A DNA stretch of 64,000 nt from a virus: positions 58,966 through 122,965 of IMG/VR virus record IMGVR_UViG_3300044729_003839; one strand, 5' to 3'. The notes under the pieces were generated by a model. It was not told the DNA's origin and made no database searches. It worked only from the letters and a program-made list of their open reading frames with translations. The position numbers were made by a program, and so were the translations under genes. This document shows, piece by piece, positions 40,056 through 49,405 of this stretch. The number at the start of each line of letters is the position of its first letter. Position 1 is the first letter of the stretch.

Positions 40056-41996
40056 ATGTTTGACATTGACACCCTAGCTACACACCCCGACTGGCTCAAC
40101 GAAGAAGCGCAACAAATACTTGCGAATGGCTATTTGCTTCCGGGCGAGACTCCACGCGAGATGTGGAAGCGGTGCTCGTTAACGGCCGAAAAATATCTTA
40201 AAAGACCGGGAATCGGCGAAGATATTATGGAGATGTTCTGGAAAGGTTACATGGGAGGTGCGTCTCCTGTGTTAAGTAATTTCGGTACGAATAGAGGACT
40301 TCCGGTTTCCTGCTTCGGTCACACAATTTCTGATAGTACATCGAGTATCTATAGCCACCTGAAAGAAGTAGCTTCTCTTAGCAAGTATGGTGGAGGAGTC
40401 GGTAGTTATTTTGGAGAATTAAGACCTAGCGGATCCCCCATCAGCGGTGGTGGTAGGTCCGGATCTATCGTGGATTGGATGCGTTTGTATGACAGAACTG
40501 CGGCAACCGTTTCTCAGGGCAACACTCGACGTGGATCCTTCGCCCTATACCTGCCCATCGACCACCCCGACCTCATGGACGCCTTGCGAAGCAAGGACCA
40601 TAGCCAGGGCGATCCGCGCAATTTCATCGACTCGAATCTCGCTGTAACTGTAAAAACCAAGTGGATCGAGGAGATGATTAATGGGAATAGGGATAAACAA
40701 AAGATATTTGGCGAGGTATTGAAATCCCGAATGATTTCCGGATCGCCATACATTATTTTCATAGACAATGCTAACAACAATAGGCCTAAGTGTTTTATAG
40801 ATAGAGCGCTAGAGATTATTCAATCTCAACTTTGCTCTGAAATCTTTTTGCCCTCAGACGAAAATCACACGTTTAGCTGTTTACTTAGTTCAGCAAATCT
40901 CGCTAAATATGACGAATGGAAAACGTGGAAAGGGAGAAATACAGGCAAAACAGTTCCAGAGTTGGGTATCTATCTTCTCGACGCTGTAGCCGAGGAGTTT
41001 ATCCATAAAGCTAGCAGACTACCGTCAATGGGGCGTGCAGTAAGATTCACCAAGAAAGCCCGTGCGTTAGGTTTGGGGACTATGGGCCTCCACGCCTTGT
41101 ACCAATCTCGAGGTATTCCTTTCGCTTCGAAAGCAGCTCGAGACTTGAACATTGAAGTTCATAAGTATGTGGACGAAATGACCCTAAAAGCGTCTCAGGA
41201 CATGGCGAGAGAGTATGGCGAGCCGGAATGGTGCGAGGGGCATGGAATCCGCCACGCTACTCGAACTGCAATCGCTCCTACTAAAACAAACTCTGTCATA
41301 TGCGGTGCAGTAAGCGAAGGCATCGAGCCCATCATCGCGAACTTGTTCGTCGCGACTAATGACAAGGGAACCTTTGTGCGTCGAAACCCGTACCTCGAAG
41401 CACACCTCACCTCAATAGGTAAAAATACTCAAGACGTATGGGATAGTATTCTTGATGAGCGAGGAAGCGTACAGCATCTCGACTTTTTAAGCGAGAATGT
41501 TAAAAACGTGTTCAAAACGGCCCGGGAAATCGACCAGTTTGAGCTGGTAAAACAGGCGTCTGACCGTCAGAAGTACGTATGCCAAGGCCAGTCTTTAAAC
41601 CTGTTTGTCGATCCGGAATCAACGGCAGAATACCTGTACAAGCTGCATTTGTTGGCTTGGAAAGTTGGCCTTAAGTCTTTGTATTATTTGAAGTCAACTT
41701 CTTTACAAGTTAAGAAAGCAGCTAAACAAGTAACCGTTTCATCGCCCGTCGCCTTAATTGTGACGAAAGATGGTTGTCCGTGGTGCGTAAAAGCCAAAGA
41801 ACTCCTTACCAAGGCCGGATTTGTTATCCAGGAAAAGGACAGGTCGGAAATCAGCGACGATGACTGGCCGTATCAAACCGTACCGCAAATATGGATTAAC
41901 GGCAGCCATGTCGAAGGTGGGTACGAAGGCTTGGAAGCGATGCTTTCCCCCGAGGCCGAGCCGGAATACAAAGAGTGCCTGGCTTGCCAGGGTTGA
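40056..41996 (+). CDS. nrdA: Ribonucleotide reductase class I alpha subunit with fused glutaredoxin domain
   Basis: SPVLSN, PVSCF, GGGVG, QLCSEI, AIAPT, QGQSLN, KSLYY; then TKDGCPWC..TVPQIWING (Grx) and terminal CLAC. Confidence 0.93.
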   Translation: MFDIDTLATHPDWLNEEAQQILANGYLLPGETPREMWKRCSLTAEKYLKRPGIGEDIMEMFWKGYMGGASPVLSNFGTNRGLPVSCFGHTISDSTSSIYSHLKEVASLSKYGGGVGSYFGELRPSGSPISGGGRSGSIVDWMRLYDRTAATVSQGNTRRGSFALYLPIDHPDLMDALRSKDHSQGDPRNFIDSNLAVTVKTKWIEEMINGNRDKQKIFGEVLKSRMISGSPYIIFIDNANNNRPKCFIDRALEIIQSQLCSEIFLPSDENHTFSCLLSSANLAKYDEWKTWKGRNTGKTVPELGIYLLDAVAEEFIHKASRLPSMGRAVRFTKKARALGLGTMGLHALYQSRGIPFASKAARDLNIEVHKYVDEMTLKASQDMAREYGEPEWCEGHGIRHATRTAIAPTKTNSVICGAVSEGIEPIIANLFVATNDKGTFVRRNPYLEAHLTSIGKNTQDVWDSILDERGSVQHLDFLSENVKNVFKTAREIDQFELVKQASDRQKYVCQGQSLNLFVDPESTAEYLYKLHLLAWKVGLKSLYYLKSTSLQVKKAAKQVTVSSPVALIVTKDGCPWCVKAKELLTKAGFVIQEKDRSEISDDDWPYQTVPQIWINGSHVEGGYEGLEAMLSPEAEPEYKECLACQG

Positions 41997-42013
41997 ACTC
42001 TTTATGTTAAAAT
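41984..42013 (+). promoter_or_regulatory. sigma70-type promoter for dut
   Basis: TTGCCA-18 nt-TAAAAT with a TG extension. Confidence 0.55.
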
Positions 42014-42034
42014 TTAAACGCTACCCAAAATCAA

Positions 42035-42685
42035 ATGCTTAAGCCTACTTTTTACGTTGAAGACGAAAACTTTGCCCCCCAAGTGGCGCACCCAGGTGAT
42101 GCCGGAGCGGACATCAAAGCGTTCGTAGAGGGCGGGTTTAACCGGGCAAACTCGATCCGCTTCTTCAGAGAGTTCGAGTCCGACGCTTTGAAATACGGCT
42201 ATAAGCTGTATATCAATGGCGAGCAGTTTGAGTCAGAACTGCTACCCCTTTTCCTTGAGAAGATTGAGAGCGAGGGCGGAGCTATTTTTCTGCCCCCCGG
42301 GGAAACAGTCCTTGTGAATTCTGGTTTCAAAGTGATCTTGCCAGAGATACAAAAAATGTATCCAGGCCCGCCTTGGAATCAATTCGTTCTCCAATATAAA
42401 ATTTTAGGGAGAAGCGGCTTGTGTCATAAGCACGGCGTGGTTGTCACGAACTCGCCAGGAGTTATCGACTCGGGATACAGGGACTGGGTCAAGGTATCTT
42501 TGACGAACGAGATAGGCAAAGGCTCGTTGGGGGACAATTACCATGTGTTTACTCATGGCGCACGAATTGCCCAAGGGGTGTGCGAACTTGCCATCGACCA
42601 ATCCGACTCCGTCGTAACCACCAACAAAAGCGTTTTCACCAAGACGGATAGGTCGTTAGGCGGGTTCGGCTCGACAGGGGTATGA
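42035..42685 (+). CDS. dut: Trimeric dUTPase with insertion
   Basis: AGADI, GRSGL, GVIDSGYR, RIAQ and RSLGGFGSTG motifs. Confidence 0.92.
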   Translation: MLKPTFYVEDENFAPQVAHPGDAGADIKAFVEGGFNRANSIRFFREFESDALKYGYKLYINGEQFESELLPLFLEKIESEGGAIFLPPGETVLVNSGFKVILPEIQKMYPGPPWNQFVLQYKILGRSGLCHKHGVVVTNSPGVIDSGYRDWVKVSLTNEIGKGSLGDNYHVFTHGARIAQGVCELAIDQSDSVVTTNKSVFTKTDRSLGGFGSTGV

Positions 42686-42858
42686 GCAATCCGCAAGTAT
42701 TGATACCCGATTTCAAACGCCCCTGGTGTAAAAACTGCCAGGGGCGGGGATTCAACGTACTTGAGATATACGATCCGGGTAAAGAATGCCCGAGGTCCGA
42801 AGCAGTAGAATGCCCTGATTGCGGAGGTACGGGTGACAAGTTTAAGTCCAGAGATTGA
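42682..42858 (+). CDS. Small DnaJ-type zinc-finger protein (58 aa, not in ORF track)
   Basis: CKNCQGRG and CPDCGGTG (two CxxCxGxG); ATGA overlap with the dut stop. Confidence 0.7.
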   Translation: MSNPQVLIPDFKRPWCKNCQGRGFNVLEIYDPGKECPRSEAVECPDCGGTGDKFKSRD

Positions 42859-43306
42859 GGTTTTAGTTTTAAACTTCGACTACACGCCTTTGAACATTGT
42901 CCGTGGCAGAAGGGCTATTGTCCTGTTACTGAAGAACAGAGCGCAGCGAGTGTCGGAGAAGGTAATCCGCCTCCTTAAATATATTAAAATGCCGCTTAGT
43001 CGGGCGGCCAGAGAAAAACCTACAAAGACGGGAATCTACAGGCGAGATGGCTACAGTTGCCAGTATTGTGGCAGCACCAGGAGTCTAACAATCGACCATG
43101 TTATTGCCAGAAGCAGAGGAGGTCAAGACACCTGGGAAAACCTTGTGCTGGCATGCTCCAGGTGTAATGTTAAGAAGGCGGATAGACCTCTGCAACAAAC
43201 GGGAATGGTATTAAAAAGGAAACCAAGGCCTCCTTTGCCCAAAGTAGTGGAGACCGTACAACAATCTAAAGACCCAGAATGGGCGACTTACGGATTTTTC
43301 GGTTGA
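42833..43306 (+). CDS. HNH endonuclease (McrA-like)
   Basis: VLVLN..PL, RDGYSCQYCG..LTIDHVIARSRGG..WENLVLACSRCN. Confidence 0.9.
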   Translation: MTSLSPEIEVLVLNFDYTPLNIVRGRRAIVLLLKNRAQRVSEKVIRLLKYIKMPLSRAAREKPTKTGIYRRDGYSCQYCGSTRSLTIDHVIARSRGGQDTWENLVLACSRCNVKKADRPLQQTGMVLKRKPRPPLPKVVETVQQSKDPEWATYGFFG

Positions 43307-43310
43307 AAGC
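43302..43310 (+). promoter_or_regulatory. Putative late promoter box GTTGAAAGC
   Basis: Contains the HNH TGA; 20 nt before ATG 43331. Confidence 0.75.
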
Positions 43311-43330
43311 TTTGCGTACCCGTTTATAAA

Positions 43331-43828
43331 ATGGTGAACTTTACTTTCAATCTTTTTAACAAGCTTCCCTTTGCCAGCAAGGCATATGAAAGTGTGGCAA
43401 ATTTCGTGAATAAAAATCTGCTCGACAGAAAACTTTTCAATCCCGCCTTTCTCGCCATCGCCTTTAACGCTGTCGACTCTTTTTGGTTGAAACACAGGTC
43501 TACGGACTGGTATTCCCGGTCCGAACTTAGGGTGATTACCGGCTCGATCTTAGAGTCGATTTCTGATAATAATCTTAGCGAGAAGGAGGTGGAAAAGCTT
43601 ACACGCTATATTCTGTCGAAATGGGATCCGAGAGTGGCGGAGCAGAAACAACAATCGCAAGAGCTGCTTAGCAAGGTGGAAAAGAACGCGGAAGTCACAG
43701 TCAAAGCGTATCGTAAAATCGGCAAGAAGGTTAAGCCGAGCAAGCTTGTTGCCGAAGCGGCCAAAGTGTCTAAGGCTAAGGCATCTGACGACGGAATTAT
43801 CGAATCATTGACCAGGATATTTCGTTGA
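43331..43828 (+). CDS. Hypothetical late protein
   Basis: 165-aa basic helical ORF behind a late box. Confidence 0.6.
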   Translation: MVNFTFNLFNKLPFASKAYESVANFVNKNLLDRKLFNPAFLAIAFNAVDSFWLKHRSTDWYSRSELRVITGSILESISDNNLSEKEVEKLTRYILSKWDPRVAEQKQQSQELLSKVEKNAEVTVKAYRKIGKKVKPSKLVAEAAKVSKAKASDDGIIESLTRIFR

Positions 43829-43832
43829 AAGC
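43824..43832 (+). promoter_or_regulatory. Putative late promoter box GTTGAAAGC
   Basis: Contains the upstream TGA; followed by a partial copy TTTGAAAGC; 18 nt before ATG 43851. Confidence 0.75.
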
Positions 43833-43850
43833 TTTGAAAGCGTATTTCAA

Positions 43851-44297
43851 ATGACTTATTACGAGAAGCCTAAGGGCTGGAGCGAAGCGCCGAAGGAGAG
43901 TTGGGTCTCTGGGACGCCTATCGGTCAAAGTGAGATCAAAATGCCGGACCTGGGGGACCCTGGGGCCCATGAGGACGCCTCGGACAAAGTGTCTTTTGAG
44001 GATGCTGGCACTCCTGCCCTGTACCAAGGCAGGTCGGTATCTCAATGCCCTCCAGGCACCAGCAACCAGAAAGGTGTCTGCATGCCGGATCCGAAGTCCG
44101 AAGCCAGCCTTGAATCCAAGATCGAGACCGCCACTAAAGGTGGTAAGCAGTGGGGCAAGGAAAAAGAACCTGGTGAGGATGAGAAGGCCGGTAAAGGCGA
44201 ACGTTCGTTCAAGCGTGAACTGCCCGAAGCGCCTAAAGAGGCTGATGCTCAAATTCGCCGTCTTGCCAAAGAAGGAGTGAAGGGGCGGGCGGCATGA
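43851..44297 (+). CDS. Hypothetical late protein (disordered, PxGW leader)
   Basis: MTYYEKPKGWS start, small CPPG..GVC module, charged tail. Confidence 0.6.
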   Translation: MTYYEKPKGWSEAPKESWVSGTPIGQSEIKMPDLGDPGAHEDASDKVSFEDAGTPALYQGRSVSQCPPGTSNQKGVCMPDPKSEASLESKIETATKGGKQWGKEKEPGEDEKAGKGERSFKRELPEAPKEADAQIRRLAKEGVKGRAA

Positions 44298-44524
44298 TCG
44301 AGAAGCTTTCTAAACCGATTCGGTTTGACACGCAAACCGATTTTCTTGTTGTCGCCCGAGACGGCGAAAAATTCTTTGTATCAGATTCTGACCCTAGTCT
44401 TAACCTAAGCCTGGAGGAGATGAAGCCTAAGACTCTCTTGGAATTTGCTTTGGTGACTAACATGCCAATCAGAAAATTCGTCCGCGCACAGCGCGTTCTC
44501 AGCGCAAAGTTCTTCGGTACGTGA
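44294..44524 (+). CDS. Hypothetical protein
   Basis: 76 aa with ATGA coupling to the upstream gene. Confidence 0.55.
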   Translation: MIEKLSKPIRFDTQTDFLVVARDGEKFFVSDSDPSLNLSLEEMKPKTLLEFALVTNMPIRKFVRAQRVLSAKFFGT

Positions 44525-44530
44525 TATACT
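44521..44530 (+). promoter_or_regulatory. sigma70 extended -10 (GTGATATACT)
   Basis: 19 nt before exonuclease ATG 44550; its TGA is the upstream stop. Confidence 0.65.
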
Positions 44531-44549
44531 GGGTTCAACAAAGAACCCC

Positions 44550-45743
44550 ATGGAACTTAAGGAAAATTGGCTCGAGTCCCGGCTCGCCGGAGAAAAAAAC
44601 CTCCCGCTCGTTGTTATTGACTACAAGGTGTACGCGCACGCGATTCACTCGTTCACCGAATCCGCCCTGGATATAGTCGGAGAGGACAATGAGCCCGCTT
44701 TGCGAAACATCGTCAAAGCGTTATGGGCTTATAAACTCAATCGCGGAATCGACTCGATACCACGGCATGACTTTACTGCAGTAGTCGTCGATGATTTTAA
44801 AGGTGAGTTTGGCGACGGCTTGAAAGGGTACTGGAGAAGTATCGAAGCCCATGCCTTGGGTATGCCGGAATACAAGGGAGGTAGACCGAACAAGCCATCT
44901 TTGTTTCCTATAATCCTTGAAGAGGGATATAAATATCTCAAAGCGCCTGGCTCGACGTTCCACTTTTTTGAAAAAGAATTTTATGAAGCGGATGATGTCG
45001 CGGGTAAAATCGCACGCATACAACGAAACTCACCCCCTATCGACCGCTACATCCTGTTAAGTACGTTGGATGGGGATTGGCAAGGCTTGGTCTCTGACCA
45101 GCATAAGGTTGTCTGGTGTAATGCTGGGCCGTGGCTTCCAAGAATTCGTACAGAGCATGAAGTATGTGATTATTACTTGAGGAAGGAGAAATTGCATATT
45201 AAAACTGCGCGAGAAACTTATACTGTCAAGGTGGAAGTCGGCGATAAAGGTGATAATTTAATGCCGGGAACGCCCCTCCGTTTCTTCGACCTGTACGAGG
45301 AAGACGAAGTCTGGGGCTGGACTGCTGACGAGGAAGCCACCCTGGCCGGGATAATGGCCGATACGAGGCGATCGAACCGGCCTGACCACCTCGCTAAGGC
45401 CGAAACCTACCTCAGAGGATTGGGGATGTTCCTGCCTGAGATCCCGGCCCCGGACCGCCACGAGATCGCCCTGTTCAGCGAGCGAGCCGTCAAAGAGCGC
45501 CGGGAAGCGCTTTACCCCAACCTCAGGGGGTTGAACAAAAAGCATTGCATCGACCTGCCCGACGGCCCGTTCGAGAAATGTGCTAAAATCGTAGAGGAGG
45601 ATAAAGCCGCCTTAGATGAGATTAAAGAACTTGAATCGTTGAGGAAAGCTGATCCGGAGTCAGTAGACTCTCAACGAATTAAAGACTTAAAACAAGCACG
45701 AAAAGACTACAAAGCCATGCTGATCAGGTTCAATGCCCAGTAA
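44550..45743 (+). CDS. 5'-3' exonuclease / flap endonuclease (T4 RNase H-like)
   Basis: VVID, YWR..YKGGR, YEADDV, STLDGDWQGL, GDKGDN. Confidence 0.85.
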   Translation: MELKENWLESRLAGEKNLPLVVIDYKVYAHAIHSFTESALDIVGEDNEPALRNIVKALWAYKLNRGIDSIPRHDFTAVVVDDFKGEFGDGLKGYWRSIEAHALGMPEYKGGRPNKPSLFPIILEEGYKYLKAPGSTFHFFEKEFYEADDVAGKIARIQRNSPPIDRYILLSTLDGDWQGLVSDQHKVVWCNAGPWLPRIRTEHEVCDYYLRKEKLHIKTARETYTVKVEVGDKGDNLMPGTPLRFFDLYEEDEVWGWTADEEATLAGIMADTRRSNRPDHLAKAETYLRGLGMFLPEIPAPDRHEIALFSERAVKERREALYPNLRGLNKKHCIDLPDGPFEKCAKIVEEDKAALDEIKELESLRKADPESVDSQRIKDLKQARKDYKAMLIRFNAQ

Positions 45744-47586
45744 GAAAAAGGAAGCGAACTCGTCAGACGCCCTTTTGAAGGAGAAGGGCCCAGCGTCAAA
45801 ATATGCAAGCAGTATCGCCGCCCTCGAATCTCGTGGCTACTACTTGCGTGTCAACATCGACTCTAAGCTAACCTCTTTTCATGACTTGTACGAGAAGTTC
45901 AGCCCGGGAGAATCCCACTTCAAAAATAGCTTGCCCAGGGGAATAAACTATCCCAAATGGTTTGAGTTTTTAATCCCGGCCTCTGAGTTTACTCTCGAAA
46001 GCCTACAAAACGAAGCGTTGGACGAAGAGGGCGGCTTGTTCAAAGACCCGGATTGCCGCGACTTTGCAATGCCGTTGTTTATGTATAGGTCGGGGAGGGC
46101 TAGTGAAGTCACGGATTATGTCCTGGGGGTAGAGAATCTTAAAGCCATTAGGCACAAAAAGATGGGAGGGGGAACCTATGACCTAGGAATAGCGTATTCG
46201 CCCAACTCGATAGAGAACGAGTTCAAAGCCAAAAGCCTTAACAATGTGTATGCTTATGTGCCGGAGAACGACTGGTTCGAAGAACGAGTGAGAAAGTTAA
46301 AGTTCGAAGATATTGTAACCATTTTCCCTCCAGCCGAAGCAGAGATGTTCAAACTGATCATTGGAAGGGCTTGTGTAGGGAGGAGTGGCAACATCCATCC
46401 CGGCAGTAGTGAAGTATTGATGCACGGATTTCGAAAGGCTGGGGTGATTGTCGGGGAACCCGGGGTCGGCAAAAGTACCGTCTTGGGTGGGATTATGAAA
46501 GCGATGCAGTATTGTGGTTATAATGTAGTTAACTTTGGCCAGTTCGGTAGCCGTTTTAACCAGGGCGCAGTTGTCACTTCGCACCTCGCGTACAACGATG
46601 ATTTAACTCTCGAATCGCTTGAGAACATGCTCAAGGCGCATAGCTTTAAGTCTGTAGTCACAGGCGGCACAGAGAAAGTCGAGAATAAGGGTACCGATTC
46701 GATTGAAGTCGTCTCGAACACTGTTATAATAGCGAACTGTAACGAGGTCAGGTCTGAGATATCTTACAGTCTTGATTCGGGGGCGATAAGCCGCCTCGCC
46801 CTAATATCAACGTACCGTGCCTTCGAACAAGAAGAAATGTCCGAGACGATGAAAAGAGATATACATCCCGTTGCAAATATAAAACACTTGTGCAAGACGC
46901 TTAAGGTCGATGAGGTCACACTGTTTATGAAGATAATGCGCGAGTGTACCGACTTCTTCCTGTCAAAGGTGCGTTCGGGAACAGACGTTCATTTCCACAG
47001 CGAGCAGTTACTCCCGTACCTTAGGATACAAATACATAAAAATGCTTTGGAATGTTATTTGCGGTTTAGTTTTCTTGCTTATGCCATTAGATGTCACAAA
47101 GGCCAGGGAGACTATCTGCCCGAGCTTACTCTCGGTTCGCTTGCCAGTGTTCTCGAAGCTACAAGATTCATCGCGATTGATATGAAAGCTAATAATCTCA
47201 GGCGAAATATGAAAGCGCATTGGGAAAATGCAAAGCGCGAGCAAGCACATCCTTACTGGGCGCAGAGAAAACTTTTGATCACAAGCGTCGACAAAGCGTA
47301 CGAAATATTTAACAATTACAAAGCCGATAAAGACTTGGCGATGGCGACTGAAAATGTGTTTTCCGCTCTTACACTTAGGGACGGGTTTAGTATGGGAAAG
47401 AAAATGTCACATATCGTAAGGACTTGGGAAATGATTAGGGGGGAGAAGAAACAGATCTACAGGCTTGCCCGAGACCTAATGGCGACTGTTACAGATCAAG
47501 AAGAATTAGATTACATTTGTAACACTGCTAATAGGGCAGATACTTCTTGGGCGTACCGGGCCGATTATGACCCGCAAAAACTATGA
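45733..47586 (+). CDS. SF3/D5-like DNA helicase (NTPase)
   Basis: Walker A VGEPGVGKST, AYNDD Walker B, VENKG, IIANCN sensor; adjacent to a primase gene. Confidence 0.7.
   Translation: MPSKKKEANSSDALLKEKGPASKYASSIAALESRGYYLRVNIDSKLTSFHDLYEKFSPGESHFKNSLPRGINYPKWFEFLIPASEFTLESLQNEALDEEGGLFKDPDCRDFAMPLFMYRSGRASEVTDYVLGVENLKAIRHKKMGGGTYDLGIAYSPNSIENEFKAKSLNNVYAYVPENDWFEERVRKLKFEDIVTIFPPAEAEMFKLIIGRACVGRSGNIHPGSSEVLMHGFRKAGVIVGEPGVGKSTVLGGIMKAMQYCGYNVVNFGQFGSRFNQGAVVTSHLAYNDDLTLESLENMLKAHSFKSVVTGGTEKVENKGTDSIEVVSNTVIIANCNEVRSEISYSLDSGAISRLALISTYRAFEQEEMSETMKRDIHPVANIKHLCKTLKVDEVTLFMKIMRECTDFFLSKVRSGTDVHFHSEQLLPYLRIQIHKNALECYLRFSFLAYAIRCHKGQGDYLPELTLGSLASVLEATRFIAIDMKANNLRRNMKAHWENAKREQAHPYWAQRKLLITSVDKAYEIFNNYKADKDLAMATENVFSALTLRDGFSMGKKMSHIVRTWEMIRGEKKQIYRLARDLMATVTDQEELDYICNTANRADTSWAYRADYDPQKL
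47560..47586 (+). repeat. Copy 1 of 27-nt imperfect direct repeat encoding ADYDPQKL-stop
   Basis: GCC GAT TAT GAC CCG CAA AAA CTA TGA = helicase 3' end. Confidence 0.85.
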
Positions 47587-48263
47587 GTAATACCCCTGTA
47601 ATTAAGCAGTGCAATGAGTGTAAATTAAATAAGCCACTCACTGAGTTTGTTAAGGATAGCAGAAAATCTGGCGGGTACAGAAACAAGTGCAAAGAGTGCA
47701 GAAATGTCTATTTAAGGAATAGATATAACAATAAAAAAAGTCAAATATCTGAGTATCAAAAAAATTGGAGGGAAAATAACCCAGACAAAGCGAAAAGATA
47801 TACGAGAAAAACTTACCTTAATAGGGTAATAAGGTTAGGTAGGGAAGAGATAAGGAGGAAATCTAGAGAGGAATACTGGAAAAATGTCTCTAAAAAAAGA
47901 GCTGAACTGCGTAAATCTTATCAGAAACACTCAGATAAGAGGAAAGAGTATGCAAAAAAATATAAAAAGAAAAATCCTCACTGGAATAGAATGCATGAAT
48001 CAAACCGCAGAGCACGGAAATTAAGAGCTGTTCCCCCTTGGTTAAGCGAAACCCATAAATACCAAATTCAGTTAATGTCTGAATTAGCCCGAAATCTAGA
48101 GAAGGAGACGGGAGCAAAATACCACGTGGATCACATACACCCCTTAAAACATGAAAACCTGTGTGGTCTCCATGTACCATGGAATTTACAAGTTATACCT
48201 GAGAGTGAAAACATCTCTAAAAGTAACAAATTTATCCCCGAGTTGGGCCTTACAGCGTGCTAA
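47583..48263 (+). mobile_element. Free-standing HNH homing endonuclease gene
   Basis: N-terminal CxxC..CxxC, basic linker, YHVDHIHPL..CGLHVPWNLQV..ENISKSNK; A-rich composition; flanked by direct repeats. Confidence 0.85.
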
Positions 48264-48274
48264 GCTAAATTAGT

Positions 48275-48301
48275 GCAGACTACGACCCACAAAAGCTATG
48301 A
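48275..48301 (+). repeat. Copy 2 of 27-nt imperfect direct repeat encoding ADYDPQKL-stop
   Basis: GCA GAC TAC GAC CCA CAA AAG CTA TGA; 5 differences from copy 1, all synonymous third positions. Confidence 0.85.
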
Positions 48302-48303
48302 TA

Positions 48304-48387
48304 ATGACTCGACTCATCGCCTTGCTATTGACAATTACACTATTCTACGGTATCCTGATCCTAATGCTTCTCCCCTACATTAAATGA
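48304..48387 (+). CDS. 27-aa hydrophobic peptide
   Basis: MTRLIALLLTITLFYGILILMLLPYIK; ATGA-coupled to the primase start. Confidence 0.4.
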   Translation: MTRLIALLLTITLFYGILILMLLPYIK

Positions 48388-49367
48388 CAACCGCTACTAT
48401 CTCCTTGGATCAAGAGTCTTGGGACCATAAACCGTCGGCCAAGACCCAATACGGCAATTTAACCGATAAGTATGGCAATCCTAAAAGCGAGGTTAGGGTC
48501 CTGGGTCTCCGGCTCGGCACTGACACAGCCGATGTCACACCAAAATCACTCGCCAGGGCCATAGTCCAAGGCAAGACATGGTCGCCTTTTGTATTCAACG
48601 AGTGTCCGGATTGGAAACGCAGGCGCAGGATCGAGCCTTTGTTCAAGAGCTGCCAAGTCCTAGGTGTGGATTATGATGATGGCGATTCGGCTGAGGAAAT
48701 CATCCAACAAGCAGGACAACTCGGAATCCAATTCAACATTTTACACCACTCCTTCTCAAGTACTCCCGAACACCCTAAATTCAGGGGTATTATCTTTCTC
48801 GAGGAGGAGGTGACAGAATTTCAACAGGCGAAACTGTTCTCTACGGCTTTGGCGCATGGCCTGAACGCTGATAAATCATGTGTCGATGTCGCCCGGTTGT
48901 ATTTTGGCTCCAAACCCGACTCGATCGTATATTTTAATGACGAGGTAGTCACACCGTTGGGAGTGTTGCAGTCACTAGCCGATTCTGTCTCTGCCTCTCA
49001 ATACGTTGTTAACCGCGACCCTGAGTCAAAAGAGTATGAGCCGGACTGGGGAACAGAAGACGATCAGCGCAAGATATTCGCCAGGCTTTCGCCTGGAAAG
49101 CGTACATTTGTCCGACGCAAGATTGGTGGCTTGCTTCTTGAAATTGAGAAATTTGACGGCTCGAATGGTTCAAGCCGTTACGAGTGTTTGTGGCGTAACA
49201 CGTCTCGTATCGCGAGGATGAAGGAAACAGTCGGCAATGTAATCCTGAGCTGGGTGCTGGAACGGGTGGAGAAAAATTCACACTTTGACGGATGGGACAA
49301 AAACCCCGAGGAGGTTGTTAAGAACGCGATTGCCTGGAGCTTTGAGCATAGCGATCCGCCTGTGTGA
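48384..49367 (+). CDS. Archaeo-eukaryotic-type primase/primase-polymerase domain protein
   Basis: LGVDYDDG (DxD), HHSFSST..PKFRGII, DKSCVDVARLYFG. Confidence 0.75.
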   Translation: MTTATISLDQESWDHKPSAKTQYGNLTDKYGNPKSEVRVLGLRLGTDTADVTPKSLARAIVQGKTWSPFVFNECPDWKRRRRIEPLFKSCQVLGVDYDDGDSAEEIIQQAGQLGIQFNILHHSFSSTPEHPKFRGIIFLEEEVTEFQQAKLFSTALAHGLNADKSCVDVARLYFGSKPDSIVYFNDEVVTPLGVLQSLADSVSASQYVVNRDPESKEYEPDWGTEDDQRKIFARLSPGKRTFVRRKIGGLLLEIEKFDGSNGSSRYECLWRNTSRIARMKETVGNVILSWVLERVEKNSHFDGWDKNPEEVVKNAIAWSFEHSDPPV

Positions 49368-49372
49368 AAATC

Positions 49373-49381
49373 GTTGAAAGC
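49373..49381 (+). promoter_or_regulatory. Putative late promoter box GTTGAAAGC
   Basis: 24 nt before GTG 49406. Confidence 0.75.
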
Positions 49382-49405
49382 CAAGTATAAGCATTTACTT
49401 GGTCT

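Noticed and set aside
20552-47586. Inteins in terL, nrdA, nrdB or helicase
   Set aside because: Lengths are ordinary and I saw no C/S...HN-C/S/T splice junctions or LAGLIDADG blocks.
47583-48301. Group I intron interrupting the helicase
   Set aside because: The helicase is already complete with its stop before the HNH, and the flanks are too short for a ribozyme core.
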